64,000 nt of DNA from Octopus sinensis (Eukaryota). Of the stretch, positions 39,908 to 54,083 are shown piece by piece. The translations under genes and the position numbers were made by a program. Under the pieces are notes generated by a model. The model worked only from the letters and a program-made list of their open reading frames with translations. It did not search any database and was not told the origin of the DNA. Each line of letters opens with the position of its first letter. The first letter of the stretch is position 1. The stretch spans positions 173,414,001 through 173,478,000 of the forward strand of contig NC_042997.1 in NCBI RefSeq assembly GCF_006345805.1, written 5' to 3'.

Positions 39908-39968
39908 GATAAAACTCCGAGTTTCGGATGTCGGGCTGGAAATCCAAGCCGCTGTCTCTTCAGTTATC
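39908..39968 (-). ncRNA. Type-I hammerhead ribozyme, intact core
   Basis: GATAA-CTGAAGA-G...C-GAAAC-TCGGA-GT-T-TTATC. Perfect 5-bp stem I, near-palindromic stem III ACTC(G)GAGT, weak basal stem II. Confidence 0.7.
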
Positions 39969-40039
39969 CGGCCATCGGAAAAAATACTATGAAGATGACC
40001 GTTAAAAAAAGGGAAATTACGGTGTGACTGACCGTTTTG

Positions 40040-40073
<34 letters not shown>

Positions 40074-40216
40074 AAAACTTATATATAAAGAACGTGAAAT
40101 TCACGAATTGACAAACACGGAAAAACGGACAGTAATTCAGAGCCTTCATTCTTCAGTCAGAAACCGATTCATCATGGCAAATTTCGGCTGTTTAAGAGGC
40201 AGTGTATATATACAGA

Positions 40217-40302
40217 ACTCTGAGTTTCACACGTTCCCGTTCGTCGGACAGTTTTTTTTCTAGCAAAAACTGTCCGACGAACGGGAACGTGAAACTCAGA
40301 GT
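40217..40302. repeat. Near-perfect ~38-bp-arm hairpin (mini-MITE-like)
   Basis: ACTCTGAGTTTCAC(AC)GTTCCCGTTCGTCGGACAGTTTTT versus its reverse complement at 40265-40302. Confidence 0.9.
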
Positions 40303-40408
40303 ACCAGGTTTTGTTGAATTTTCTGCTGCTTTAAATAGAGCATATTACTCTACCACTGGTATTGAGTACTCTTTTTTCCACTTGTTTCACATTATGTGTT
40401 TACTCCGG

Positions 40409-40465
<57 letters not shown>

Positions 40466-40909
40466 TAGCTCGGAATTTCTATCGAAGTTCTAAGGACTTA
40501 ACACTGTTGATTCACCTGCTGACATGTGCACAGGTCCAAGCCTATGCATATACACGCGCACGCATATATACCCATATCTGCAAAGCCCCATAAGGCATAC
40601 AGACGTATATATAGACATAATGAAACTAAGTTTAAAATAAGCTTGAGAGACTTATCACTGTTTGTACAGCCGATGCCACTAGTAACACCTCTTTTCCTTC
40701 CTTTCTTCCTTCCTTACTTCCTTCCTTCCTTCCTTCCTCTATTCGTTTTTTCTTTCTTTCTTTCTTTCTTTCTCTCTTTCTTTTTCCATTTCTTTCTTTC
40801 TTCCTTTCTCTCTGATTATCTCTGTCTATCTGTATGTTTGTCCGTCTGTCTGCTTGTCTGTCTCTCTCTCTCTAACACACACACACACAAACCTACACAC
40901 ACACACCAC

Positions 40910-40954
<45 letters not shown>

Positions 40955-41215
40955 CAAGCGAATGAGCACGGCGAAAGAACTGGACAAGCATCCATATATC
41001 AGTACATACTGACATAAGAATCATTAAAACAAACAAATATAGTCACTCACATACACACACACAAATATGCACTCACACACACACACACATGCGCGTGCGC
41101 ACACACTCACAATCACTCACAGAACCAAAAGCATTACACATTCGTAGACAAGCTTTTGTAGACATAAGCAAATAATCACATACGAAGGCACACACACACT
41201 CTACCACACACACAC

Positions 41216-41256
<41 letters not shown>

Positions 41257-41389
41257 AAAGAAAAAAGCACATGTACACTTCAAAAAGTTCGGAAGAAGCA
41301 GATGCACACGTTTAGTAAAACTGCTGAAATAGAATCACATAAATACGCACGCTCACACACAGACACAGACACACAGACACACATACACA

Positions 41390-41434
<45 letters not shown>

Positions 41435-42051
41435 TCACATGCATAAACACTCACACACACGCACTCGCAAAGCCAAACACATACACACATGAAACACAAC
41501 TCCTACAAAATAACAAAAACCATCTCAAGAAACACACACGCAAAACACACACAACACACACACACACACACCACACACACACACAACACACACACACACA
41601 CACACACACACTCATTCACGCGCGCGCACACACAAAAGCACACACTCACACACTCACACACACATAAATATGCATACACGTATGCATAAACGGAAGCACA
41701 TAGACTACATACATAAAAAAAAACACTCACACACAGATTGCAGTGTGCACACGTGCGCACGCGTAAACGTCTGTAATTCTCACTAGATCAGGACGTATTT
41801 TGATCCCCAGATAAATAGTGAGCCGATGCGGTATCGGTGTCGTGGTTAGTTATCGTATGATATTGATAAACTAAACGCCCTCTACACTTCCTTCATATTA
41901 TCGGCTTTAGGGATCACCAGCTGCGACCTATCACGCGTTTCAGTTCAGCTTTTTTAACTGTAGCAGCGATCCTCGAAGAAGAGAAGAAACATTCTCTGAC
42001 GAAACCGTTAATGGTGCCGTTGCTCTTGCAGTTATTATTATATACTCTTTT

Positions 42052-42640
42052 CTTTTACTCTTTTATTTGTTTCAGTCATTTGACTGTGGCCATGCTGGAG
42101 CACCGCCTTTTTTAGTCGAGCAAATCGCCCCCCCCACCCCCGCCAGGACTTATTCTTTGTAAGCCTAGTACTTATTTTATCGGTCTCTCTTGCCGAACCG
42201 CTATGTTACGGGGACGTAAACAAACCAGCATCGGTTGTCAAGCGATGTTGGGGGGGGGACAAACACAGACACACAAACATACATATATATATATATATAT
42301 TTCTTTATTGCCCACAGGGGGTTAAACATAGAGGGGACAAACAAGAACAGACATAGGTATTAAGTCGATTACATCGACCCCAGTGTGTAACTGGTACTTT
42401 ATTTATCAACCCCCAAAGGATGAAAGGCAAAGTCGACCTCGGCGGAATTTGAACTCACAACGTAACGGCAGACAAAATACAGCTATACGACGGGCTTCTT
42501 TCAGTTTCCGTCTATCAAATCCACTCACAAGGCTTTGGTTGGCCCGAGGCTATAGTAAAAGACACTTGCTCAAGGTACCACGCAGTAGGACTGAACCCGG
42601 AACCATGTGGTTAGTAAGCAAGCTACTTACATATACATAT
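42052..42640 (-). mobile_element. SINE group A with a group C body nested in its internal microsatellite
   Basis: Group A tail at 42052-42290, group C body at ~42300-42480, group A head at 42487-42640. Confidence 0.8.
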
Positions 42641-42791
42641 AAATAACTTCATAGTTATACATACACACACGTGCACGAGCATGCACACGCAAGCTATTAC
42701 TCAGGGTTTCACGTAACCGATAATCAAATCGTTTTGAGTATTTGAAGCAAAAGCAAAACCGTAATTATTATTTAGTAATAATTGTTAAGGT

Positions 42792-43115
42792 GGAGGCGCA
42801 ATGGCCCACTGGTTTAGGGCAGTGGACTCGCCGTCGGAGGATTACGGTTTCGATTCCCAGACCGGGCGTTCTGTGTGTTTATTGAGCGAAAACAGCTAAA
42901 GGTCCACGAGTCTCCGGCAGGGGGTGGTGGTGACCCCTGTTGCACTCATTCGCCCCAACTTTCTCTCACTCTTTCTTCCTGTTTCTTGAGTAACGCTGCG
43001 ATGGGCTGGCGTCCCGTCCAGCTGGTGGGGGTGGGGGGAACACATGCACCATAGAAACCGGGAAACCGGGCCCATGAGCCTGGCTAGGCTTGAAAAGGGG
43101 GCATAAATATATAAA
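42792..43115 (+). mobile_element. SINE group B, tail B2, inserted at the head of a group C SINE
   Basis: 16-bp TSD TAATAATTGTTAAGGT at 42776-42791 / 43116-43131; group C SINE continues to ~43345. Confidence 0.88.
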
Positions 43116-43349
43116 TAATAATTGTTAAGGTGGCGAGATAGCAGCGTCGTTAATACGCCGAACACAATGCTTAGCGGTATTTCTTCCGTATTTACGTTCT
43201 GAGTTAAAATTCCTCCAGGGTCGACTTCGTCTTTCTTCCTTTTGGGGTTGATAAAATAAGTACCAGTCGAGCACTGGGGTCGATGTAATTGATTTACACC
43301 TTTACTCCGAAATTGCTGGCCTCACACCAAAATTTGAAACCAGCTGTTA

Positions 43350-43898
43350 TTGGGTTGTCCGGAAAGTTCGTGCCGATTTATAATAGCTTACCTTTCGACT
43401 TGTTTTAGAACACAGTTGAGTCTATAAAATAAGATTTGACTACACCTCCATTTAGAGCACAGTTTAAGCTATCTTTTCGTGGAAGAAGGTTTATGTTCCT
43501 ATAACCTGTGTTAATTCTGTAACCCTTTAAAATAGAAGATAAGAAAGTTCATTTTCGGCACTTGATGCTTTGGGAACAAGACAAAAATTACTGCAGCTCG
43601 GCTCGGATGTGTTACCCATATTCACCAGATATTGCTCCTTTGGATTTCCACTCATTCAGGTCACTGCAAAATAGTCTTAATGGTAAAAATTTCAATTCCT
43701 TGGATGACGTAAAAAAATACCTTGATGAATTCTTTGCCATGAAATCACCTCAATTCTGGGAAGAGGATATTTTCAAGTTAAAGGAAAGATGGAGACAACA
43801 AAATGGTTCATATTTAGTTGATTAAAAATGTAATGGCAAGTATTTATTGACCTTTTTCTTTCCTTTAAAAATCGGCACGAACTTTCCGGGCAACCCAA
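43350..43898 (+). mobile_element. Internally deleted mariner with both TIRs and TA TSD
   Basis: TIR TTGGGTTG(T)CCGGAAAGTTCGTGCCGATTT at both ends. N-terminal EDKKVHFRHLMLW is joined to C-terminal YSPDIAPLDFHSFRSLQNSLNGKNF. Confidence 0.92.
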
Positions 43899-44216
43899 TA
43901 TTTAGTAACTCGGTCAATAAACATTTAAAGCCTATTGGCTAGGGCTTAATTACTATTGAAAAATGTCTAAAACTTATTGAGTAAAAAAGAAAACACCCTC
44001 TGATGTAACGGAACAAACATATACATTAAGAGCGTGTCAAAATTGCATTAAAATTGGGTGATATAAACTGAATATGCTCGTTGTACCTGGAATAAAAGTT
44101 CAACTAGTGAAAAAGGCACTATTAAAAATTAACAGTTGAAAAAAATTGTAATAAGGAATAGAACTGAAATTTAAATTGAACATTAAGACAAGGACGAATG
44201 AATATGTACCAAAGAA

Positions 44217-44446
44217 ATGGCACTTCGTCGGTTACGAAGGCAAGGGTACCAACTGATTCGATCAGCATGATCGTAAAATTAATGTGCAAATGATTGAACA
44301 CTCCACAGACACGCATACCCTTAATGCAGTTCTCAGGCCCTTTGAATTAGAGGTACTACTCATTTTTTTGCGCGCCGCCGGGAATTGAACTGACGACCTT
44401 AGGATTGTGAGCCAAAAATCCTAACCACTAAGCCATGCATCTTCAC
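44217..44446 (-). mobile_element. tRNA-derived SINE with a different head joined to the B1 tail
   Basis: Head TGGCTTAGTGGTTAGG..GGCTCACAA..GTTCAATTCC, then GTGTCTGTGGAGTG..TCGTAACCGACGAAGT as in the B1 tails. Confidence 0.7.
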
Positions 44447-44517
44447 ATGTAGCATATAAATGCAAAAAATAAAAACATTTAAATGAGCTTATTCAAGGGA
44501 GTTGGAATTGCAATATG

Positions 44518-44682
44518 TTTCCTTATTACCCACAAGGGGCTAAACATAGAGGGGACAAACAAAGACAGATAAACGGATTAAGTCGATTACATCGACCCCA
44601 GTGCGAAACTGGTGCTTAATTTATCGACTTCGAAAGGATGAAAGGCAAAGTCGACCTCGGCGGAATTTGAACTCAGAACGTA
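44518..44682 (-). mobile_element. SINE group C, 5'-truncated
   Basis: Group C body and tail 1. Confidence 0.85.
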
Positions 44683-45535
44683 GTTGGAATTGCAATCATT
44701 TATTAAATACCAGAGGGAAATATGCATGAAAGCTATAAAGAAAGTGATGGGGAAGAAAACTAGAGAGTGTAGGGAGTGGAAGCAGGTGAAAAAGGGAAAA
44801 ATTAAACAACAAAGAAGAAAATATGAGAGTTGAGTATGAGTTAAACTAAAAGATACTAACTGAACAACATGTATCTAATACGGATTGCTATAAGCAGAGG
44901 GGAGTAAACGATTAGAAAGTGCACAACAGACTACCTAACACAATATACTTTTCATTCTGATACTTCCTTCATTTTTCGACAAACAAGAAAGCGTTAATAT
45001 TCTCCATTAGGAGTATTCTTCATTTTTATATTTTCTGACTTCTCTCTCGCCCGATGACGACATACTTAGCTTATGGAATCCTTACTCAATGTAGTGATCC
45101 ATGCATATATGCATAGCTATTTAAGAAACAGCTGTAAGAGACTCTATATTCTCTATTTAGATTAAATATTTTTTCGAGTGATGCCAAATGTTCTGCTTCT
45201 TTATTCTTAATTTTTATCTACATCCATCCGCTCAAGGCGAAACCACTTCTAGCCACCTTTGATAGACGTTCTCAGCATTAAAATGTTCAGTTGTAGTTCA
45301 AGCTTGAGTTTTAGAGGTATGCCAAACTAAGCACTTATAGTACATAATTACTACATTACGTCAATTGACGAAAGCTCCTCGTAAATTCTCTCTCTCCCAC
45401 CTTTCTCTCTCCTCTCTTTCTCGCTCCCGCCCCATCTCTTTCTTCGGCTTTAAAGTGTGATGTGTCATCCATGGGGGCCAAGCCATTTATAGATCCAAAA
45501 CCACTGGTCACTCTATGACCGGACATGCACTCAAC

Positions 45536-45588
<53 letters not shown>

Positions 45589-45607
45589 AGGTGACAAAGG
45601 TTTAAGC

Positions 45608-45802
45608 GATTATCTTATGAACTTCATTAACTGACAGCTGTTTCTGCTCTATGATACAATAGAATGGTAGTGGAGAGCCTGAATTGCACTTCATATTCTA
45701 GGCTCTAATGAAGCTATAAGGTGTTACTCAGGCTCTCAACTATCATTCTACTACATCCAATGACAGAAACAGCTGTAAGCTAATGAAGACTATAAGATAA
45801 TC
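45608..45802. mobile_element. Foldback/MITE-like element with long imperfect TIRs
   Basis: GATTATCTTAT..CTTCATTA..ACAGCTGTTTCTG and TAGAATG(G/A)TAGT(G/T)GAGAGCCTGA are both mirrored at the right end. Confidence 0.75.
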
Positions 45803-45941
45803 ATTCATTCCTTTCTTATTTCATTCTCATATTCCCGCTCGTTCTGACTAACGCTTCGTTATGAAGCTATGTATATTGAGTTCTACACCAGGTTATTAGT
45901 CCTGCAATGCCTAAACGATATATATATATATATATATATAT

Positions 45942-45974
<33 letters not shown>

Positions 45975-46357
45975 TGTGTAGATGTAGATAGATAGATAGA
46001 TGTGCACACAAACACTCAAATAATATGGGCTGGGGTGATGGGGTTATCATCAAGATTTCTTCGATGTCACTCGTTCATTTTTTTTTTAATTGTTCGTATT
46101 TGTATGTTCGTTGAACGTCATGTTTTGCATCTTTTGTTAGTTCATTATTCCTTCCTACCTTCCTGCCTTTCTTCTTCCTTGCTCCTTTCACTATCTCCGC
46201 CTTCTTTTTTTTTCTCTCTCTCTCTTTTTGTTAAATCCTAATTCAGTTTTCTTCTCCACAAATTTCCCACCAACGTCCACTCGGTGACACATTTAAACTT
46301 GCATTTCACCCCGTCCTCAACACACAGACACACGCACACTTATACACGCACACGTAT

Positions 46358-46394
<37 letters not shown>

Positions 46395-46853
46395 ACACAA
46401 ACACACATGCACGCGCGTACACACACACACGAGAAACAGTCGCACACTTTCTTCTCACTTAGGTAACAGCAGCATTGTTAAAGCCATACACGTTCTATTT
46501 ATTTATTTATTTGTTCTCTTCTTTAAACAATCACAGAATTGGACACGAAGGTCTCTATTGAGATTTTCTCTCTCTCTCTCTCTCTCTCTCCCTCTGTGTG
46601 TATTCACTTGTCCCAGTTTATCGGCTGCTATCTGCACAAAACGGGCTTTTCCCCTTATTTGCCCCAGTTTTTCGAGTGCGTTCTGCAACAAAATAAATAA
46701 ATAAGTGATTAAATAAATAAATAACGAAATAAAAGACTGAAATATTCCTTGTTTTCCGCTCTACCAGTTTATCATTTGCACTACGCAAAACTGAGTTCTC
46801 CTCTTGCTATAATGCATCATATTCACACACACAGAGTCTCTCTATATGTATGT

Positions 46854-46947
<94 letters not shown>

Positions 46948-47000
46948 TGTGTGTGTGTATATATATATTATATATTATTATATATATATTATATATATTA

Positions 47001-47364
47001 ATCCGTAATAATGAAGGGTGAAATTATTAATTTGGAATAATTATCAATTACACCAAGTAGTCTTCGGCATGTAAAAGCCTCATTCGAGGAAAATTTAAGT
47101 AATACTAAGCAATAAAGGGTTTAGCAACGAATTGCCTTCCAATTGCTGTTTTTACTGAGATCTCCCTTTTTAGTAGAAGAAATAGCTATAACTCTTTGAC
47201 TGCTATTTCTAAATTCGGTATGTAGTAAGGCAATTCGTTGCTAAACCCTTTATTGCTTAGTATTACTTAAATTTTCCTCGAATGAGGCTTTTACATGCCG
47301 AAGACTACTTGGTGTATTGATAATTATTCCAAATTAATTAATTTCACCCTTCATTATTACGGAT
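47001..47364. repeat. Long foldback element (~138-bp arms, 88-bp spacer) next to (TA)n
   Basis: 47001-47138 is a near-perfect reverse complement of 47227-47364; the spacer and part of an arm recur at 47721-47848. Confidence 0.92.
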
Positions 47365-47563
47365 AACCATATTTTATCTCAGTAGATGACCACAGCATCT
47401 TGTTTTGGCTACACGCGGGTGGGAGGGGGCTGGTGACACAATCTTTTCATTCACAAATTGAATTGGGGATACTAGTTGCAGTTCTAGCTCGCTCTGATAC
47501 TGAGTTGAGTTGGTGCCTTCTAGTATCTCACAATTCAATATATAATCATTTATGATTATAGTA

Positions 47564-47660
47564 TCCTACGCTGAGAGAAAAGAAGTTTTGGTAAGGAGTA
47601 ATTATTTATATTTAATTCTTATGCTTTCCTAAAAACTTGATTTCGAAACGTGCGTCCGGA
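47564..47660 (+). ncRNA. Degenerate hammerhead motif (core position 7 deleted)
   Basis: CG-CTGAGA-GAAA..AAGTTTT...AAAACTT..TTTC-GAAAC-GTGC-GTC-CG. Confidence 0.45.
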
Positions 47661-47845
47661 GATAACTTAAAATTGTATGATAGATTGCCGTCAATTCATT
47701 CTCTCTTACCTGTTTGTGTCTGCCTTCAATTGCTGTTTTTACTGAGATCTCCCTTTTTAGTAGAAGAAATAGCTATAACTCTTTGACTGCTATTTCTAAA
47801 TTCGGTATGTGGTAAGGCAATTCGTTGCTAACCCTTTATTGCTTA

Positions 47846-48202
<357 letters not shown>

Positions 48203-48630
48203 TTTTCAAAGAGGAAAATTTACGGATTTTTTCTCTACGAGGTTTTTCACGCTGACTACTGATAATTTCTTCTAAAGATTTTATCCTCAATTGTTAATTA
48301 ATATATATATATATATACATTTATATTAATGTTTGTTTTCATATTACAATAAAAATTTTACATTAAACTGAAGGATTACTCAATACATATTGTAGAGTAT
48401 ATATTTATAATTCTATAACACGAATAGTATTGACAGTAACAGCGAAGTTTCAGTCAACTAGGCCATAATCAGACCGCGGTGAATTTCAGTTCTTCTTGAC
48501 GTTTTACAGTCTCTATTAAGTTAAAATCATCTAGGGTAAGCTGAATTGGACTGAATGATAGGTTAAATTTGTGATATGCTATTCTTTAGAATTTATTCAT
48601 TCATGTTGAAATCAGGTGGATCAGCTTTTG

Positions 48631-48718
<88 letters not shown>

Positions 48719-48832
48719 GCACATGTGTGTCTGCATGCGTGCGCGCATGCTTATTTGCTCTATGCGAAAGAGTTCTCTACTACATTCCATCATCACCTCT
48801 ACGTTATGGATATATATATATATATATATATA

Positions 48833-49129
48833 TCACCGTGACCGACCAGGCTATCAGATGTTGCTACACATCGCTGGTCACAATGCGCTTCACATTGTTT
48901 TAGCCTTCAAATTACGCCCCCCCCACTGGCTAAGCGAGCAGGCCAACAGAAGGAGTGAGAGAAAGTTGTGGTGAAAGAGTACAGCAGGGATCACCACCAC
49001 CCCCTGCCGGAGCCTCGTGGAGCGTTAGGTCTTTTCGCTCAATAAACACACACAAAGCCCGGTCTGGGAATCGAAACCGCGATCCTACGACCGCGAGTCC
49101 GCTGCCCTAACCACTGGGCCATTGCGCCT

Positions 49130-49131
<2 letters not shown>
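48833..49131 (-). mobile_element. SINE group B, third tail type B3
   Basis: Group B head and body, then tail CTAAAACAATGTGAAGCGCATTGTGACCAGCGATGTGTAGCAACATCTGATAG. Confidence 0.85.
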
Positions 49132-49194
<63 letters not shown>

Positions 49195-49569
49195 GTAGGT
49201 GTGTATGTGTGTGTGTGTGTGTATATGTATATATAATTAGGTGTGTATGTGTGTGTCTGTGTTTATCTCCCTGCCATTGCTTGACAACTGACACTGGTGT
49301 TTTTATATCTCTGTAACTTAGCGGTTCGGCAAAATAACCGATAGAATAAGTACTGGGGTCGATTTCTACGACTAAAACCCTTTAAGGCGGTGCTCCGTCA
49401 TGGCCGCAATCAGTTGACTGAAACAAGTAAATAAATAAAAGAATATGTAAGTAGATATAGACGCACGCATGCACACTCACATGTATATATGTATACATTT
49501 TCTTCATTCTCTTCTCCTGTATATTGCACATCTGTACGCTACCGTATCATCAGGTGTATCTTCAAAATA

Positions 49570-50108
49570 TTGGGTTGGCCACTAAGTTCCCGCTGTTTTT
49601 TAAATTTTGGAATTTATTGCGTTTTTAAATTTTGAAATCTATTTTTTTTTTCGAGAATTCCATTTTTGAATCATTTTGGAATCTATTTTTTTTACAAATT
49701 AGTTTTAGTTAATTTTTGTTTATTTTCAGATCATTAAAATGAAGTTAAGAAAAACGAGCATTTTCGACACCTCCTTCTTTTTACTTTTAATCAAGGTTCT
49801 AAGGCCGCAAAGCTGCTCGTGACATTTGTGCTGTGTATGGAGAGGGTGCCATAGCTGAAACAACCGCTTGTGCTTGGTATGCCAAGTTCAAAAATGGAAA
49901 TTTTGACCTCAAAGATGCACCTCATTCTGGCTGTCCAGTTGAGTTCCATGAAGAGCAATTAAACCAACTTGAAAATCTTGTTGAACGTTGGGAAGAAGTT
50001 GCAAACAACATGGGTAAATACATTATTGATTAATTAGTTGTTATTTTTTCAAAAAATCTATTATAAAATAATAAAAAAAAACCGGCGGGATCTTAGTCGC
50101 CAACCTAA
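49570..50108 (+). mobile_element. Internally deleted mariner with TIRs and TA TSD
   Basis: Imperfect TIRs TTGGGTTGGCCACTAAGTTCCCGC / GCGGGATCTTAGTCGCCAACCTAA. Peptide KNEHFRHLLLF..YGEGAIAETTACAWYAKFKNGNFDLKD is fused to ERWEEV..GKYIID*. Confidence 0.88.
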
Positions 50109-50966
50109 TAGAATTTCCTTAATTGTCTAAGGAGAAAATTATACCTTTTTGGGAAAATGACTTTACCTCGTTTCTTGTTTTAATTTACCATTTGTTTCCT
50201 ATAAAAGGAAAAAAAAATATCATGTACTTTACTTTATCGACCATTACCTGAATATAGAGAAGAAAAAACTTCTCTCTGGTCTTTCCTTGAATGTGTCGTC
50301 TGTTTCCTAGCAAATACTGACTTTTACTTCGTTCTCTGCTCTATTTTTTTCACCTATTCTCTCTAAATAATATCTCGCCTCGTTTTGTACTCAACTTTAT
50401 CGTCTGCTTTCTGCAAAACAAAAAAAAAAAAAAAAGCAAAAAAAGATACATAAAGAGATTCAGCAAAGTAAAAAAAAACAAAAATAAAAACCAACAGTGA
50501 TGTGTCAATACATGGTGACACAGAGTGTAAGCCGATATCACAAATCCCCCGGAAAAAAAAAATCACCCCTGTACCGTTCCTTCTTCCTCCCTCATCTGTT
50601 GGCAGAACACGTTGCCTTGGTGACTGCACTGAGGACATAACATATATTACGAACAACCATCAACGACATTCTCACCTTCTCTCTTCCGTTTTAATGTTCC
50701 TGCAACTTTTTACTCTTTACCTTCTTTGTCTTCACTTCAATATTTTCTCCATTTTTATGACTGCATTTTTTTTAATAATTTCTTCTTTGTCTTTTGTTCT
50801 TTTCTTTTCCTTCATTTCTCCCTCTTCTCGTTCTCTTCGTTCCTCCTCATTCTCCTCTGAATCTCCCCTCTTCTTCACACTTTTCCCTTCTCTTTACTTT
50901 TCCTCTTCCTACCTCCTGTTTCTCTTTTTGACTAGCACCATCATCGTCATCTCCAACTCCTGCTCT

Positions 50967-51034
<68 letters not shown>

Positions 51035-51680
51035 AAATAATCCTTTCTACTATAGGCACAAGGCTTGAAATTTTGGATGAGGGGACTAGTCGATTACATC
51101 GACCCCAGTGCGTAACTGATACTTAATTTATCGACTCCGAAAGGATGAAAGGTAAAGTCGACCTCGGCGGAATTTAAACTCAGAACGTAAAGACGGGCGA
51201 AATACCTATTTCTTTACTACCCACAAGGGGCTAAACACAGAAGTAACAAACAAGGACAGACAAACGGATTAAGTTGATTATATCGACCCCAGTGCGTAAC
51301 TGGTACTTATTTAATCGACCCCGAAAGGATGAAAGGCAAAGTCGAGTTCGGCGGAATTTGAACTCAGAACGTAGCGGCAGACGAAATACTGCTAAGCATT
51401 TCGCCCAGCGTGCTAACGGTTCTGCCAGCACGCCGCCTTAAATAATAATAATTATTATTATTTCTACTGTATGTACAAGCCCTTGAAAATATTTTAGGAA
51501 AGGGGCTAGTTGATTACATCAACTCCAGTGCGTAACTGGTACTTATTTCATCGACCTCGAAAGGATGAAAGGCAAAGTCGACCTCGGTGAAATTTGCACG
51601 CAGAATGTAGCGGCAGACGAAATACCGATAAGCATTTCGCTCGGCGTGCTAACGATTCTACCAGCTCGTCGCCTTAAATG
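51035..51680 (-). mobile_element. Group C SINE cluster (one dimer and one monomer) between trinucleotide microsatellites
   Basis: Three group C bodies, with (AAT)n/(GAT)n at the ends and between units. Confidence 0.9.
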
Positions 51681-51719
<39 letters not shown>

Positions 51720-51776
51720 GTAATAATAATACGAAGAAGAAAAAGAAGAAGAAGTAGAAGAATGATGTTGATGAAG

Positions 51777-51852
<76 letters not shown>

Positions 51853-52358
51853 TAATAATAATATATGCCATGAGGTAGTACCAGACAGTGGCTCTCATGG
51901 CTTCTCATCTTAACTGATTGCAAGTGTTATCATGTACATTGTTTTGTCTTGGTATAAAAGATGGGCTACAGCAAATATTCTGCTCAATACCATAAGGTTT
52001 GCTTGTTAGTTGTTTGACCTTAACCAGTTGAGCACCTCCCTTAGTGGCTGACGATATGTGCATCTCTGACGACGAGCAGAAGTAGTGGGGAGTATCTTAG
52101 CCGTGTGTTGAAAGGAATTTTTGAAGGTTTGGATAATTCACCTTTGGAAACACGGGTGGTTCGTTCAACATCCTTAAACAACCCTTATTCAGAGCCCTTT
52201 TGAGCGGGATGGGCTACTCGACCAGAAGAAAATTCTAACTGGGCTCCACCTGCAAGGTCATGCGCTGTTTATCTTGATATGAGATCACCATGTCGTACAC
52301 ACATGGTTGTGATGCATGTACCTGGTGTACCCTTATCAGACGGTAGTCATGATGGGTA

Positions 52359-52403
<45 letters not shown>

Positions 52404-52465
52404 AACAACAACAACAACAACAACAACTACTACTACTACACTACTACTACTACTACTACTACTAC

Positions 52466-52514
<49 letters not shown>

Positions 52515-52639
52515 GACACTCGGCAAGAAACGGAAGCAAATTTGAAAAAAAAAAAAAAAAATAATAATAATAATAATAAAAATTATGATTATAATAGCAA
52601 CAATAACAACAACAATAACAATGATAATCGATATAAATA

Positions 52640-53010
52640 AATGAATAAATAATGGTTTGGAAATTTTTTTCTGTGGTTCGGTTTGGGTGGACCTCTATGT
52701 TCAAGGAGGTACAAAGTTCCATCTAGCCTGATTCCCTTTTTTTGTTTCCGTAAGCACCTAGGCTGTTGCTCCATATACAAGGATTGGATCTACCATTGAA
52801 TCAAAAATATTCTTCTTAAGGTTGTCTTTCAGGGTCGATTTCCAGACAACGCCCAATTTGTTTTAGGGTCAACCATACTTTGACTGTCCGAGCTATTAAA
52901 TCCTATACAATTGAAGCTATCTGAGAACCGACGTACGTGAAATTATCAAATTTATTAACAGGAGTTTCAACTGATGCTGGTATTGGATTTTGTGATTTGA
53001 TCCATCACCA
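52640..53010 (-). pseudogene. RTE-type LINE RT C-terminal remnant
   Basis: Frameshifted DNFTYVGSQIAS..KVWLTL, YGATA..RLDG and LNIEVHPN. Confidence 0.6.
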
Positions 53011-53716
53011 AATAGAACGGAAAGATCTAAAAAATATGAAAAGCTAATGAAGAACTACACGTAACAGTAAAAATATTATATATGATAGAAAATAATAAGA
53101 GAAATATACGTAAAGTATAATGAAACGCACTTATGTCTTTTTAAATATACCTAAATATATATTTTATCTTCTATCTTTTACTTGTTTCAGTCATTAGATT
53201 GCAGCCAAGTTGGGGCACTCTTGAAATGAAAGTAATGAAAAAATAATTTTGGTGCATTTAAAGGTTTTTACGATGGCATTGGATGAGTTCTATGAGAGAT
53301 CTGAAATCTTAAAGACAAACAGAAACTGGTCTGCAACCCTGTCCATCGACAGGATTGCAACTGCCAAACAACGTGAAAAGATATCGGAAGTTAATCTATT
53401 CGTCTGACACTGAAAACTTCGCAAATCCCTCGTTTTGGAGCTTTCCTACGAGAAAAGTCTGTATGAACTTAACTAGTGTATAAGAAACAACGCAGACATC
53501 AATTCTATTCAGTTGTTTGGAAACGAAGTCTGTGAAGTTCTGCAAACATAGAATATGAATTTAGGAACTTTATTGTTCTAAACGAGGCGTAAAAATCTTA
53601 CAAGAAGATAGAAGCATCTGAAACGTAAAAAATAAAACTTGAACTCAGTCGTATATTTAATGAAACATTTAAAAGAGAAAAGCTACTCTCCGCGCGCGCG
53701 ATCACACACACATCGA

Positions 53717-54083
53717 TATATATATATATATATATAAGATAAGTTATGATTTTACTTTTCGTTAATATTGTTAAAATTTATTGGATTATTTATTTGTTAA
53801 GATACGTATATTTCTATATTTATTGTTTAATTATTATATCTTCATTTATTTTATAGTCTCTTTGACCTGACGAGTGACTACATATTTTAAAATAGAATTA
53901 AGATTTTAATATTATCGATTTAAATATATAGTCACGAAACGCGCGTAGTCCGTTTTAAATTTATTTAATTTAGTGATTTTTTAGAATAATATTTATTATA
54001 ATAAATATAAATTCTTTGTATACGATTTATTATATATAATATCTTACACGATTAATTGAATTACTTAATAGAGGTTTTGTCTC

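Noticed and set aside
49525-49557. Minus-strand CAC-CTGATGA-TACG-GTAG-CGTA-CAGAT-GTG
   Set aside because: The GAAAC/NUH half of the core is missing.
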